Part shown: piece after piece, positions 26,836 through 34,940 of the stretch
How the letters are laid out: every line of letters starts with the position of its first letter
Position numbering within the stretch: position 1 is the first letter of the stretch
Source of the DNA: Peptococcaceae bacterium
GTDB taxonomy: Bacteria; Bacillota; DSM-12270; Thermacetogeniales; Thermacetogeniaceae
Assembly (NCBI GenBank): GCA_023249405.1
Contig: JAHFCR010000001.1
Span: 1-40,000 of the forward strand
Direction of reading: 5' to 3'
Length of the DNA stretch: 40,000 nucleotides
The notes under the pieces: generated by a model
The model's database searches: none
Told to the model about the DNA's origin: nothing
What the model saw: only the letters and a program-made list of their open reading frames with translations
Made by a program: the position numbers and the translations under genes

Positions 26836-27507
26836 CTACCGTTGACTGGCTGCCTGCTTATTCCGCACTTGCTCCGCCAGCCAATCCATCCATAAGGTGA
26901 AGCCCTGGCCGGTGCGGGCGGATACCGGAAACACCTCCAGTTCCGGGTTGATCAGGGCCATATCCCGCCCCAGTTGCTCCATATCGCAGTCCGTGTAGGG
27001 CAGCAGGTCAACCTTGTTCACCAGGGCCACCCTGGCCAGACGAAAGATCAGCGGGTATTTCATCGGCTTGTCGTCCCCCTCGGTGACGCTCAGCACCACC
27101 GCCCGGGCATCCTCGCCCAGATCGAACTCTGCCGGGCAGACCAGGTTGCCCACGTTCTCGATGATCAGGAGATCGATGGCGCCCAGATCAAAGTCCCCCA
27201 GAGCCGGCTTGATCATGCGGGCATCCAGGTGACAGGCCCCGGCGGTGTTGATCTGCACCACCGGCACTCCCCGGGCCTCGATCCGATCCGCGTCCCTGGT
27301 GGTATAGATGTCCCCCTCGATCACCGCCAGCCTCAAGCCCTCCGGCAGGCGTTCGATGGTGCGCTCCAGGGTAGTGGTCTTGCCGGAGCCGGGCGAACTC
27401 ATCAGGTTCAGCACGAAGATCCCGCGCTCCCGGAACAGTTCCCGGTTCTCCCGGGCGGCCTCATCGTTATCCTGCAGTACCGGTGTCGCCAGCCTAACCT
27501 TAACCAT
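26836..27507 (-). CDS. hypB: Hydrogenase nickel-incorporation GTPase HypB
   Basis: P-loop SSPGSGKTT, ENVGNLVCP and NKVDL motifs. Confidence 0.93.
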   Translation of the reverse strand: MVKVRLATPVLQDNDEAARENRELFRERGIFVLNLMSSPGSGKTTTLERTIERLPEGLRLAVIEGDIYTTRDADRIEARGVPVVQINTAGACHLDARMIKPALGDFDLGAIDLLIIENVGNLVCPAEFDLGEDARAVVLSVTEGDDKPMKYPLIFRLARVALVNKVDLLPYTDCDMEQLGRDMALINPELEVFPVSARTGQGFTLWMDWLAEQVRNKQAASQR

Positions 27508-27510
27508 CGC

Positions 27511-27858
27511 CTATTCTCCTTCGTAATAATCAATATAGAGTTCCCGTCCACTCACCAGCTTGATGTTGACGCTGGAGCAGGATGGGCAGATAAATTCGTA
27601 ATCCTTGATCTCGAAGCGGTGTTGACATTCCTTGCACTCTCCTATCACCGGCTCCTCACGGATCTCCAGCACTGCGTCCTCTTTAAGCAGTGGTTCCTCT
27701 TTCCGAAAGGCTTCGAAGGAGAACTGCAGGGCATCGGGGACGGCCATGGTCAGCTTGCCGATCACCAGCGCTACCCGGCTGATCTGTTTGATGTTGTTTT
27801 CGGCCGCGCTGGCCTGCAACTGTTTGACAACGCCGCCGACCAGGGAATACTCGTGCAT
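27511..27858 (-). CDS. hypA: Hydrogenase nickel-insertion protein HypA
   Basis: N-terminal MHEYSL and a zinc site CKEC...CPSC. Confidence 0.93.
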   Translation of the reverse strand: MHEYSLVGGVVKQLQASAAENNIKQISRVALVIGKLTMAVPDALQFSFEAFRKEEPLLKEDAVLEIREEPVIGECKECQHRFEIKDYEFICPSCSSVNIKLVSGRELYIDYYEGE

Positions 27859-28128
27859 GATCCACCCCTATTTGTACCATAATAGTAATCCTTTTTACGA
27901 CACTTCTGCGGGTTATGCGGACAACCTCATTGTAAGCCAATCCAACTGAATTCGCAACCTTCCGGGAGTATTTACCCGATCTGGAGCCAGAGACATCCGC
28001 CTTACCAAGGCTACGCTCATCTGCCAGGCGCAAGGATTTTCAAAACCGATGGAGAAGTACTTGGATTGGTTGAGGCATCTGCCACTGCAGCATCATTGCA
28101 GACAGTATGGTAAATGAGGGACAGAAAT

Positions 28129-28521
28129 ATGGATTATCTCTGGATCGGCCTGGGTGGTATCCTGGGGGCCCTGACCCGTTTTTACGTCGGTCAACTCTTT
28201 ACATCCTGCTTCGGGACAGCTTTTCCTTACGGCACCATGTTTATAAACATTACCGGCAGCATGCTGCTTGGGCTGATCCAGGTACTGGCGCTGGAGCGCT
28301 TCCTGTTCAGCCCCCGGTTCCGCCTTTTCTCCGGGGTCGGCTTTTGTGGGGCCTACACCACCTTCTCCACCTTCACCAAGGAGACCCTGAACCTTTTGCA
28401 GACACAGCCCGCAACTGGGTTGCTGTATGGCGCCGTTTCAGTGCTCTGCTGTCTGCTGGGCTCCTGGCTGGGCATAGTCGCCGGCCGCTGGCTTTTTGCC
28501 CGCCGGTCAAAATCAGATTAA
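28129..28521 (+). CDS. crcB: Fluoride channel CrcB/FluC, paralogue 1
   Basis: Four-TM protein with GALTRF, GTMFINITGS and GFCGAYTTFSTF motifs. ATG at 28129 follows GAGGGA. Confidence 0.9.
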   Translation: MDYLWIGLGGILGALTRFYVGQLFTSCFGTAFPYGTMFINITGSMLLGLIQVLALERFLFSPRFRLFSGVGFCGAYTTFSTFTKETLNLLQTQPATGLLYGAVSVLCCLLGSWLGIVAGRWLFARRSKSD

Positions 28522-28548
28522 TATAAATACTAACAAGGAGTGATGGCA

Positions 28549-28800
28549 ATGGTAGTCAAGCTCTACGCCCTGAGCACGTGCCCTTACTGCGCGAAGGCCA
28601 AACAGTTGTTGAACGAGCAGGAGATCGCCTACGACCTGCTGGATGTCGATCTGGCCGAGGACGACGTGGCTGATAAGGCCCTCAAAGAGGTGCAGCAGCT
28701 GACCGGTCGCCAGTCCTTCCCGGTGATCCTGATCAATGACAAGGTGATCCTGGGTTACAAACCGGATGAGATCCTGGAGACGCTGCGCCATGAAAAGTAA
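28549..28800 (+). CDS. Glutaredoxin-like protein (CPYC active site)
   Basis: Contains VKLYALSTCPYCAKAK...SFPVILINDKVILGY, a thioredoxin fold. RBS AAGGAG upstream. Confidence 0.8.
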   Translation: MVVKLYALSTCPYCAKAKQLLNEQEIAYDLLDVDLAEDDVADKALKEVQQLTGRQSFPVILINDKVILGYKPDEILETLRHEK

Positions 28801-28834
28801 TATTATCTGCCAGCGATAATCCGAGGTGATTGAC

Positions 28835-29212
28835 ATGCTGCCATTGTTGCTGGGGATCAGTGCCGGAGGAGTGTTCGGAGCAATCGCCCGCTATCAACTG
28901 GGACGGATGATCATGAACCGTTGGGGCCAGTCGTTCCCACTGGGTACATTCATCATCAACATCTCCGGATCCTTTTTGTTCTGCTTTCTGACTGGTCTGT
29001 TGACAGCCGGAGCGCACATTGCGCCATGGCTGTTTGCCGGAATGACTACCGGTTTCTGTGGAGCCTATACGACATTCTCCACCTATGCCTACGAAACCAT
29101 CAAGCTGGCGGAGGATGGAGAAAAGACGACCGCCTTCGTCTATGTGCTGGGCAGCGTGCTGGCCGGTCTAACTGCTGGTTGGCTCGGTTTTATGTTGTCA
29201 GTACGCCTGTAA
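28835..29212 (+). CDS. crcB: Fluoride channel CrcB/FluC, paralogue 2
   Basis: Contains GAIARY, GTFIINISGSF and GFCGAYTTFSTY motifs. ATG at 28835 follows GAGGTG. Confidence 0.9.
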   Translation: MLPLLLGISAGGVFGAIARYQLGRMIMNRWGQSFPLGTFIINISGSFLFCFLTGLLTAGAHIAPWLFAGMTTGFCGAYTTFSTYAYETIKLAEDGEKTTAFVYVLGSVLAGLTAGWLGFMLSVRL

Positions 29213-29235
29213 CCCCAACTTCAGGAGGGATTCTC

Positions 29236-29550
29236 GTGGAACAGCAAGCCGTTAAATTGCTGAAGATCTATACCGGAGAGAATGAGCACTGGCAGGGTGC
29301 CGTCCTCTACCACGCCCTGGTGCTAAAATTTCGGGAACTGGGCCTGATCGGGGTCACGGTTTACCGGGGTATGGAGGGATACGGTCCCGAGAAACGGCTG
29401 CGCACCAGCCGCATCCTGGAACTGTCCGCCGACCTGCCGGTAATCATCGAAGTGGTCGATACCGAGGAGAATATCAGCCGGATATTGCCGCTAGTGAAAG
29501 AGATGGTCAAGAAGGGTCTGATTATCCTGCAGAGCGCCCAATCATTATAA
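29236..29550 (+). CDS. DUF190 (PII-like) protein commonly linked to crcB
   Basis: Contains LLKIYTGENEHWQGAVLYHALV...VYRGMEGYG...DLPVIIEVVD. GTG start follows GGAGGGA. The long ORF-track call (28921..) overlaps crcB2 in another frame upstream of this start. Confidence 0.85.
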   Translation: MEQQAVKLLKIYTGENEHWQGAVLYHALVLKFRELGLIGVTVYRGMEGYGPEKRLRTSRILELSADLPVIIEVVDTEENISRILPLVKEMVKKGLIILQSAQSL

Positions 29551-29552
29551 TG

Positions 29553-29618
29553 ATAAACAAATTCTTGATTCAGGTGGGGTTTTAACCCCACCTGAGTCTT
29601 AGAAGATGTTATCCGATA
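29553..29618 (+). repeat. Modular intergenic element, copy 3 (minimal 66-nt form)
   Basis: The leader and hairpin ataaacaaattcttgattcaggtggggttttaaccccacctgagtcttag are near-identical to copy 1. They are joined directly to a tail ending ttatccgata, which is the reverse complement of tatcggataa. The stem is 13 bp (29567-29598). Confidence 0.8.
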
Positions 29619-29659
29619 CCTGCTTTTTTGCTTATGCATGCCCCCTTGAACCAGGAGAG

Positions 29660-30340
29660 CTAAGCCCCACTGGCCGGTCCGATCTGTACGCTGATCCCCG
29701 ATGTTGCAGGTTCTGGAGATGATGTTGTAGGTCCTGCCGGGTTGCTGGTAGCCGCAGGCTGGTCGACCGGGTAATCGGGCACGTTAAATACCTGGGAGCG
29801 CTGCGAGACAGGACCCAAAATATTGGCCAGGCCATCCAAAGAGACTCTCAGTTTGGCCCACCCCTGATCCCGCAATTGAGCCTTTAATGGCCATCCCGAT
29901 TGCCGGACACTGTCGCAAAAACTGACCAGCAACGACCGGTCCGCATTTGATGCTTGTCCGTTAGCCAGACGCTGAGCAGCCGGAAGATAGGTTGAGTCCA
30001 GTCGAGCTGCCAGATCCCCGAGCCTGCCGGCTACCACCGAGGCATCGCCAGACGCCAGGCCGGCCAATTGCGATGCCGCCGCAGACCCCTCATCCGCCTG
30101 CAGCAAATTCTTGTAAAATCCCAAGCGAAAATTGGAATCGTTCCAGTCAGCCTGATTGGCGGTCATGTACACCCCCGAATCCAGACCGGCTAGGGCAAAA
30201 TTCACAGTTGATCCCAGGGCGGTCATGGCATCGCTGCGGGCAACCTTACCCTGCAATGCCTGCCAGCCGTTAAAGGCCAGGGAAACTGCCAGAGCTGCGC
30301 ATAGCCCCAGGATCAGCCAACCCCGTTTGTTTATTTTCAT
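29660..30340 (-). CDS. Hypothetical exported or membrane-anchored protein
   Basis: N-terminal signal/anchor MKINKRGWLILGLCAALAVSLAF, an Ala/Leu-rich core and a Pro/Thr/Ser-rich C-terminus. I recognise no family. Confidence 0.55.
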   Translation of the reverse strand: MKINKRGWLILGLCAALAVSLAFNGWQALQGKVARSDAMTALGSTVNFALAGLDSGVYMTANQADWNDSNFRLGFYKNLLQADEGSAAASQLAGLASGDASVVAGRLGDLAARLDSTYLPAAQRLANGQASNADRSLLVSFCDSVRQSGWPLKAQLRDQGWAKLRVSLDGLANILGPVSQRSQVFNVPDYPVDQPAATSNPAGPTTSSPEPATSGISVQIGPASGA

Positions 30341-30541
30341 AAATACTTCTCCCCATTCCGTAAATTAGATGCGAACCATATAACCTGATCATTCGTAGCT
30401 GACGCTGCCAAGCCCGCCTTAAATCATCTATATTTCCCCGCCGGAACGTCATAATCCTGCTAAAGTCCAATTGACTATCCGGAAAGGATCCGTTCGTCCG
30501 CCATCTACCGGCACCACAGGGATCTGTTTCTAAAAAACTTC

Positions 30542-30570
30542 TTGATGGCCTGAGATAATTACCATATAAT
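30542..30570 (+). promoter_or_regulatory. Candidate sigma-A promoter for the lactate permease gene
   Basis: TTGATG (30542-30547), a 17-nt spacer, then TATAAT (30565-30570), about 55 nt upstream of the start. Confidence 0.5.
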
Positions 30571-30623
30571 CTAATGTGAGATTTTAAAAAACTTAATAAA
30601 CAGTAGGATGGGAGGATGGGGAA

Positions 30624-32219
30624 GTGGTTTTAGCTGTAATTTTGACCCTGTTGCCTATTGTGGTCATTTTTTTATTGATGACCAAGTTTCGGGCGGCAGC
30701 AGACACAAGCGGCGTTATTGGATGGATTTTGACCCTCGCGATTGCCCTGTTGTTCTTCAAGACATCCATAGTAACCGGCTTTCTGGCCAGCCTGGCAGGT
30801 GTCATTCAATCATTTCCGGTATCCCTGATGGTTTTAACCTCACTCCTGCAGATCACCTTCATGGAGGCCACCGGCGCCATCCAGCGCATCGCCGTGTTCG
30901 TCAAAACTTTCGCCGCCTCCGACCAGGCGGTACAGATCATGCTGATCAACGTCGGGGCAGGCACACTGCTGGTGGCAGTCGGCGCCACGCCAGTGTCGAT
31001 CCTGCCGCCAATCCTGATCGCCCTGGGCTACTCCACCTTCATTGCGGTGCTGCTGCCAGCCATCGGCTTTGATGCCCTGTGCACCTTCGCCCTGCTGGGC
31101 GCCCCTCTGGTCGCCTATTCCGACCTGACGGGAGTGACCCTGGTGCAGGCCGCCCAGGTGTTCGCCCGTTTCCTGCCGGTGATCTCCACGGTGATCGGTT
31201 TCGGCATGCTCTGGGTAGTGGGCCGGTGGAGCCTGATCAGAAAGGGCTGGATCCCCTGCCTGATCGCCGGAGTCACCAACGGTTGTATAGCACTCCTGAT
31301 GGCCTACACTCCGGTTCTCAATCAGGGAGTGGTGCTGACGGGCGTGGTAGCCGGCGCCGGCACCATGCTGATCATGCTGCTCTACCTGAAAATTCTGGGC
31401 AAACCGATCATCGACCGTTCGAATTTGACTGAGGCTGATCTGGCGGTGGAACAGAAGATGCCTCTGGGGGTCGCCCTCAGCCCCTGGCTCATTCTGATCC
31501 CCATCCTGTTCATAGTCGCTTACTGGCCCTGGCTGCATAACATCCTATATGTCCAGTGGGCCATGCCTGTGTCAATTTTACCGGGCCAGAAGCCCATTCT
31601 CACCAGGATGCTCTGGAATGCTTACACCTGGGTACTGATCAGCACTATCCTGGCCTGCATTTTCCTCAAGCCGAGCGGCAAGGCGATTGGCGAGACCCTG
31701 ACCAAATGGTTGCGGCGTGCCCCGAGGCCGGTGCTATCCGCCGCTGTCTTCTTTGCCATAGCCCTTGTAATGAACAACTCCGGCCCCTATTTTGTCAATG
31801 TTATTCAGGCCGCCAAGGGCATAGTCCCCAATATGATCGGAGTGCTGGCCTTAGGATCGGCCCATGTCTTCGGCAGGATCTATCCGTTCATCAGCGCCTA
31901 TCTCGGCCTGTTCGGAGGGTTTGTCAGCGGCAGTGAGGCCTCGACCATCGCCATGTTCGCCAAGTACCACATCCTGACTTCCAAGATGTTGTACGCCGGC
32001 TATTCCCCGTCCAGACTGCAGAATGCCGCACTGATTGTCACAGCCGCCACAGCCATCGGCAGCGGCCTGGCCAGCGTGATCTCTCCGGCCAAACTGCAGA
32101 ATGCCGCGGCCACCATCGATGCCCTGGGGATCGAGAGCCAGGTGATCAAGACCGCCGTGCTGATCTCTATAGTGATGACCCTGGTGGCGGCAGTGCTCGC
32201 CCTGATCCTGATTCTCTAA
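30624..32219 (+). CDS. L-lactate permease family (LctP) transporter
   Basis: 531 aa, polytopic, with an N-terminus and overall TM pattern typical of the LctP/GlcA family (TC 2.A.14). GTG start follows GGGAGGA. Confidence 0.75.
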   Translation: MVLAVILTLLPIVVIFLLMTKFRAAADTSGVIGWILTLAIALLFFKTSIVTGFLASLAGVIQSFPVSLMVLTSLLQITFMEATGAIQRIAVFVKTFAASDQAVQIMLINVGAGTLLVAVGATPVSILPPILIALGYSTFIAVLLPAIGFDALCTFALLGAPLVAYSDLTGVTLVQAAQVFARFLPVISTVIGFGMLWVVGRWSLIRKGWIPCLIAGVTNGCIALLMAYTPVLNQGVVLTGVVAGAGTMLIMLLYLKILGKPIIDRSNLTEADLAVEQKMPLGVALSPWLILIPILFIVAYWPWLHNILYVQWAMPVSILPGQKPILTRMLWNAYTWVLISTILACIFLKPSGKAIGETLTKWLRRAPRPVLSAAVFFAIALVMNNSGPYFVNVIQAAKGIVPNMIGVLALGSAHVFGRIYPFISAYLGLFGGFVSGSEASTIAMFAKYHILTSKMLYAGYSPSRLQNAALIVTAATAIGSGLASVISPAKLQNAAATIDALGIESQVIKTAVLISIVMTLVAAVLALILIL

Positions 32220-32254
32220 ACGCCAAGCGAGGTCTTTGATTGATGCTTCAAGAG

Positions 32255-32294
32255 AAAGAGGAGCAGGCATGACTATCTGCTCCTCTTTTTATTT
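32255..32294 (+). terminator. Rho-independent terminator of the permease gene
   Basis: A 12-bp stem aaagaggagcag / ctgctcctcttt followed by TTATTT. Confidence 0.75.
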
Positions 32295-32312
32295 CAACGG
32301 ACGCAACGGCGC

Positions 32313-32641
32313 CTAGCAACAATTAGCGGGGTGCCCGCCGCAAACGCAGAGCGATATCTGCTTGCTATACTGCCACGGAAACTGAAATAATCAGCACTGT
32401 CCCGGGTTCTTAGCTTCAGCGGGGGAAGGCTAGCCTCCACCAAAGCTAATCGGGGAAATTTACTTCAGTGAGGCTTTAGTCCCAGCTGAAGTTTAGTCGG
32501 CCCAATTCCCTCCGGGTAAGCGACCCGGGCACGGGTATCCAGAAGCTCAGATCCTACGTTCAGACCAGGCGTTAACCTGGATACGGGATACGGCGTCAGC
32601 TGTTTCAAAAGAAGTGGCGTAAAGCGGTCGCCATCAGTAAA
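32313..32641 (+). repeat. Modular intergenic element, copy 4 (divergent; core 32453-32641 plus an upstream related unit)
   Basis: The core has hairpin acttcag..ctgaagt, then tttagtcgg, then hairpin ccagg-cgttaa-cctgg followed by atacg, then a ..aaagaagtggcg..catcagtaaa tail, colinear with copy 2. The upstream part shares attagcggggtgcccgccg with copy 0. Confidence 0.65.
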
Positions 32642-32744
32642 TATTCACCATGGCAGGTATATGTTGATTTGGTCAAGAATACTACACGCATGGCGTTTCC
32701 TCCAAACCATACTGACTTGGCCGGGGCCTAGGGGGTGAACAGAA

Positions 32745-34316
32745 GTGGCGCAAAACTATTATGCAATTTATATTCTAGCGTTGGCGATCACCGGTGGTAG
32801 CGCCTGTCTGCTGGTCCTGTTCGCCGTTCGCCATCGCACCAAAGCGGCTGGGGCAGGGGCCTTTACCGCCCTGGCTCTGGCTGCAGCCGTCTATGCTTTC
32901 GGGTATGCCTGCGAACTCGCCAGTACTACTCTTCCGGCCATGCTTTTCTGGTCAAAAGTGGAGTATCTGGGGATCGCAGCGATACCAGCCCTGTGGATCA
33001 TCATGGCCATCCAGTACATCGGTAAAGACCGCTGGCTGACCCGCTCAGTATATGCGGCTTTGTTTTTCATACCGCTAGTCACGCTGTTCCTGCACTATAC
33101 CGACAACTACTGGCACCTGTTCTACCATGCCACGAGTGTAATTCTGCAGCCGTTTCCCCATCTTTTAATCACCAGGGGACCCTGGTACTGGGTCAACCTG
33201 GCCTATCTCTACCTGTCGCTTATATTCGGTGATATTCTTCTGATAAACAAGTTCTGGAGGGCCGCGCCATCGTATTACAAGCAAGCCTGGATCATTCTTA
33301 TCGGCTCGCTGGCACCCATGATTAGCGGCATAATTAACCTGGGGGATAAAGACCCCTGGGGTTTGGATTTAAACCCTTTTACATTCATTCTCTCCGGTTT
33401 GCTCTTTGCATGGGGCCTATTCCAGTATCGCCTGTTCGATCTGGTGCCGGTGGCCCGCGACAAAGTGTTTGAGGGCATGCACGACGGGGTGCTGGTGCTG
33501 GATATGCAGAACCGGATCGTCGATTTTAATGCCAGCCTCCAAAGGATCGTCCCCATACTGACTCTAAAGACCATCGGTCAACATGCCCGAGGAGCCTTAC
33601 AGGACTATCCCGATCTGTTGCAGCAGATTGAGACCAATGCATACACGCAAGATGAGCTCAAACTGGGCACAATAAACGATTACCGTTACTTCTATTCCCG
33701 CCTCTCGCCAGTGGTGGATAACAAGCAGAGGCTGATCGGCAAAACGGTGGTTCTCAACGATGTGACTAAGCAGATGCTGCTCCTGGAAAGACTGCAAACA
33801 CTCGCAACGATCGACGATCTCACCAATATCTTTAACCGCAGGCATCTTTTTGCTCTAGGCAACAGGGAAATCCAACTGGCGCGCAGACACAGCCACCCGC
33901 TATCGATCATCCTGATGGACCTGGATTATTTCAAGCAGATCAACGATAAATACGGACACGAAGCAGGAGACATGGCCCTCAAGATTGTAGCCGAGATCTG
34001 CAGACAGACCCTGCGGACTTCAGACATCTTCGGCCGTTACGGCGGCGAGGAGTTCGCCGCGTTTTTACCGGAGACGGTTCCCGAGGTCGCCCTTTACGTT
34101 GCCGAGCGCTTGAGCAGTAACATTGCATCTGCCTGTATCCCCTTTAATAGAGCAGAGATCGCCATTACCGCCAGCTTTGGTGTCACCGGTATTGAGAAGG
34201 CCGTCAACATCGATCTGAACAGCCTGTTGAGATATGCGGATCAGGCTCTATATCAAGCCAAAGAGGCGGGAAGAAACCAGATCATGCTGGTAAAAATACC
34301 GATCCCCAATTGCTGA
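32745..34316 (+). CDS. Membrane sensor diguanylate cyclase (N-terminal 7TM sensor, PAS-like, GGDEF)
   Basis: Seven N-terminal TM helices resembling the histidine-kinase 7TM sensor domain, and a PAS-like segment (FEGMHDGVLVLD). The GGDEF domain has an intact GGEEF active site (RYGGEEFAAFL). Confidence 0.88.
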   Translation: MAQNYYAIYILALAITGGSACLLVLFAVRHRTKAAGAGAFTALALAAAVYAFGYACELASTTLPAMLFWSKVEYLGIAAIPALWIIMAIQYIGKDRWLTRSVYAALFFIPLVTLFLHYTDNYWHLFYHATSVILQPFPHLLITRGPWYWVNLAYLYLSLIFGDILLINKFWRAAPSYYKQAWIILIGSLAPMISGIINLGDKDPWGLDLNPFTFILSGLLFAWGLFQYRLFDLVPVARDKVFEGMHDGVLVLDMQNRIVDFNASLQRIVPILTLKTIGQHARGALQDYPDLLQQIETNAYTQDELKLGTINDYRYFYSRLSPVVDNKQRLIGKTVVLNDVTKQMLLLERLQTLATIDDLTNIFNRRHLFALGNREIQLARRHSHPLSIILMDLDYFKQINDKYGHEAGDMALKIVAEICRQTLRTSDIFGRYGGEEFAAFLPETVPEVALYVAERLSSNIASACIPFNRAEIAITASFGVTGIEKAVNIDLNSLLRYADQALYQAKEAGRNQIMLVKIPIPNC

Positions 34317-34460
34317 TCGCGCAAGGTATAACCCAGGGTCCTGGTATCACGCAATTGTAGGCAAACAGCCAAGGCTAGCTCCTCTTTAAAGTTTGAAGAG
34401 AGTTACCCCTCAAATAGGCAACTCTCTTCCATGAGATCTGCGCAGCCAACTGCTCTTTTT

Positions 34461-34940
34461 TTATTCTCCCATGATCGCCCCGATCGCTTCCAGGACGCGG
34501 TCGCAGGCCAGGAGCACCGCCGCCTCCACCTCCGGAGTCAAACCGACGTGAAAGGGCTCCTCCGAGAGGATCTCCACCCCGATGATGATCATCTGGGCAG
34601 GCAGTCGCCCCAATAATCTCCCCAGTTCCACGGCGTCGATGATGTTGATGCCATGGGAGGAAACCGGCATCACGTCCCGGGGAGGCAGTAGTGAGGCATC
34701 GAAGTTGTGGACCGTCCCCGGTTCAGCACCGCTCTTGATAGCGTCAACCATGATCACCCGGGGCGCCCGATCCCAGAGATCAAGAAGATTGAGGCCGGGG
34801 GTACCGGCCTCAATCAGTTCTACTCCGTCTGGGAGCTGATCTTTCTTCAATTCCCTCAAGCTCCGGATCACCTGCAGCCCGATAGCGTCGTCTGACGCAA
34901 ACTCGTTGCCGCAGCCGATGACGAGCAGATCAGCTTCCAT
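34461..34940 (-). CDS. [NiFe] hydrogenase maturation endopeptidase
   Basis: Contains LVIGCGNEFASDDAIG, VDA and SHG motifs of the HyaD/HybD/FrhD protease family. It sits directly downstream of the large subunit gene. Confidence 0.88.
   Translation of the reverse strand: MEADLLVIGCGNEFASDDAIGLQVIRSLRELKKDQLPDGVELIEAGTPGLNLLDLWDRAPRVIMVDAIKSGAEPGTVHNFDASLLPPRDVMPVSSHGINIIDAVELGRLLGRLPAQMIIIGVEILSEEPFHVGLTPEVEAAVLLACDRVLEAIGAIMGE

Noticed and set aside
26974-27882. 302-aa ORF on the + strand, plus similar long antisense ORFs at 37071..38369, 15370..16062, 21601..22407, 34953..35762, 35781..36626, 13411..14088, 8353..8928, 8600..9184 and 4831..5400
   Set aside because: All lie antisense to, or out of frame with, genes that carry clear family motifs (hypA/hypB, hydrogenase subunits, fhs, spoIIE, folP, panC/panD, livH). 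Their translations are low-complexity and rich in Arg/Pro/Gly, with no motifs. These are typical shadow ORFs of GC-rich DNA.
27859-28128. Expected fluoride (crcB motif) riboswitch upstream of crcB
   Set aside because: Only scattered fragments of the consensus are present, with the wrong spacing, and no GGCTGATGA..CCTAC 3' half. Not called; needs cmsearch.
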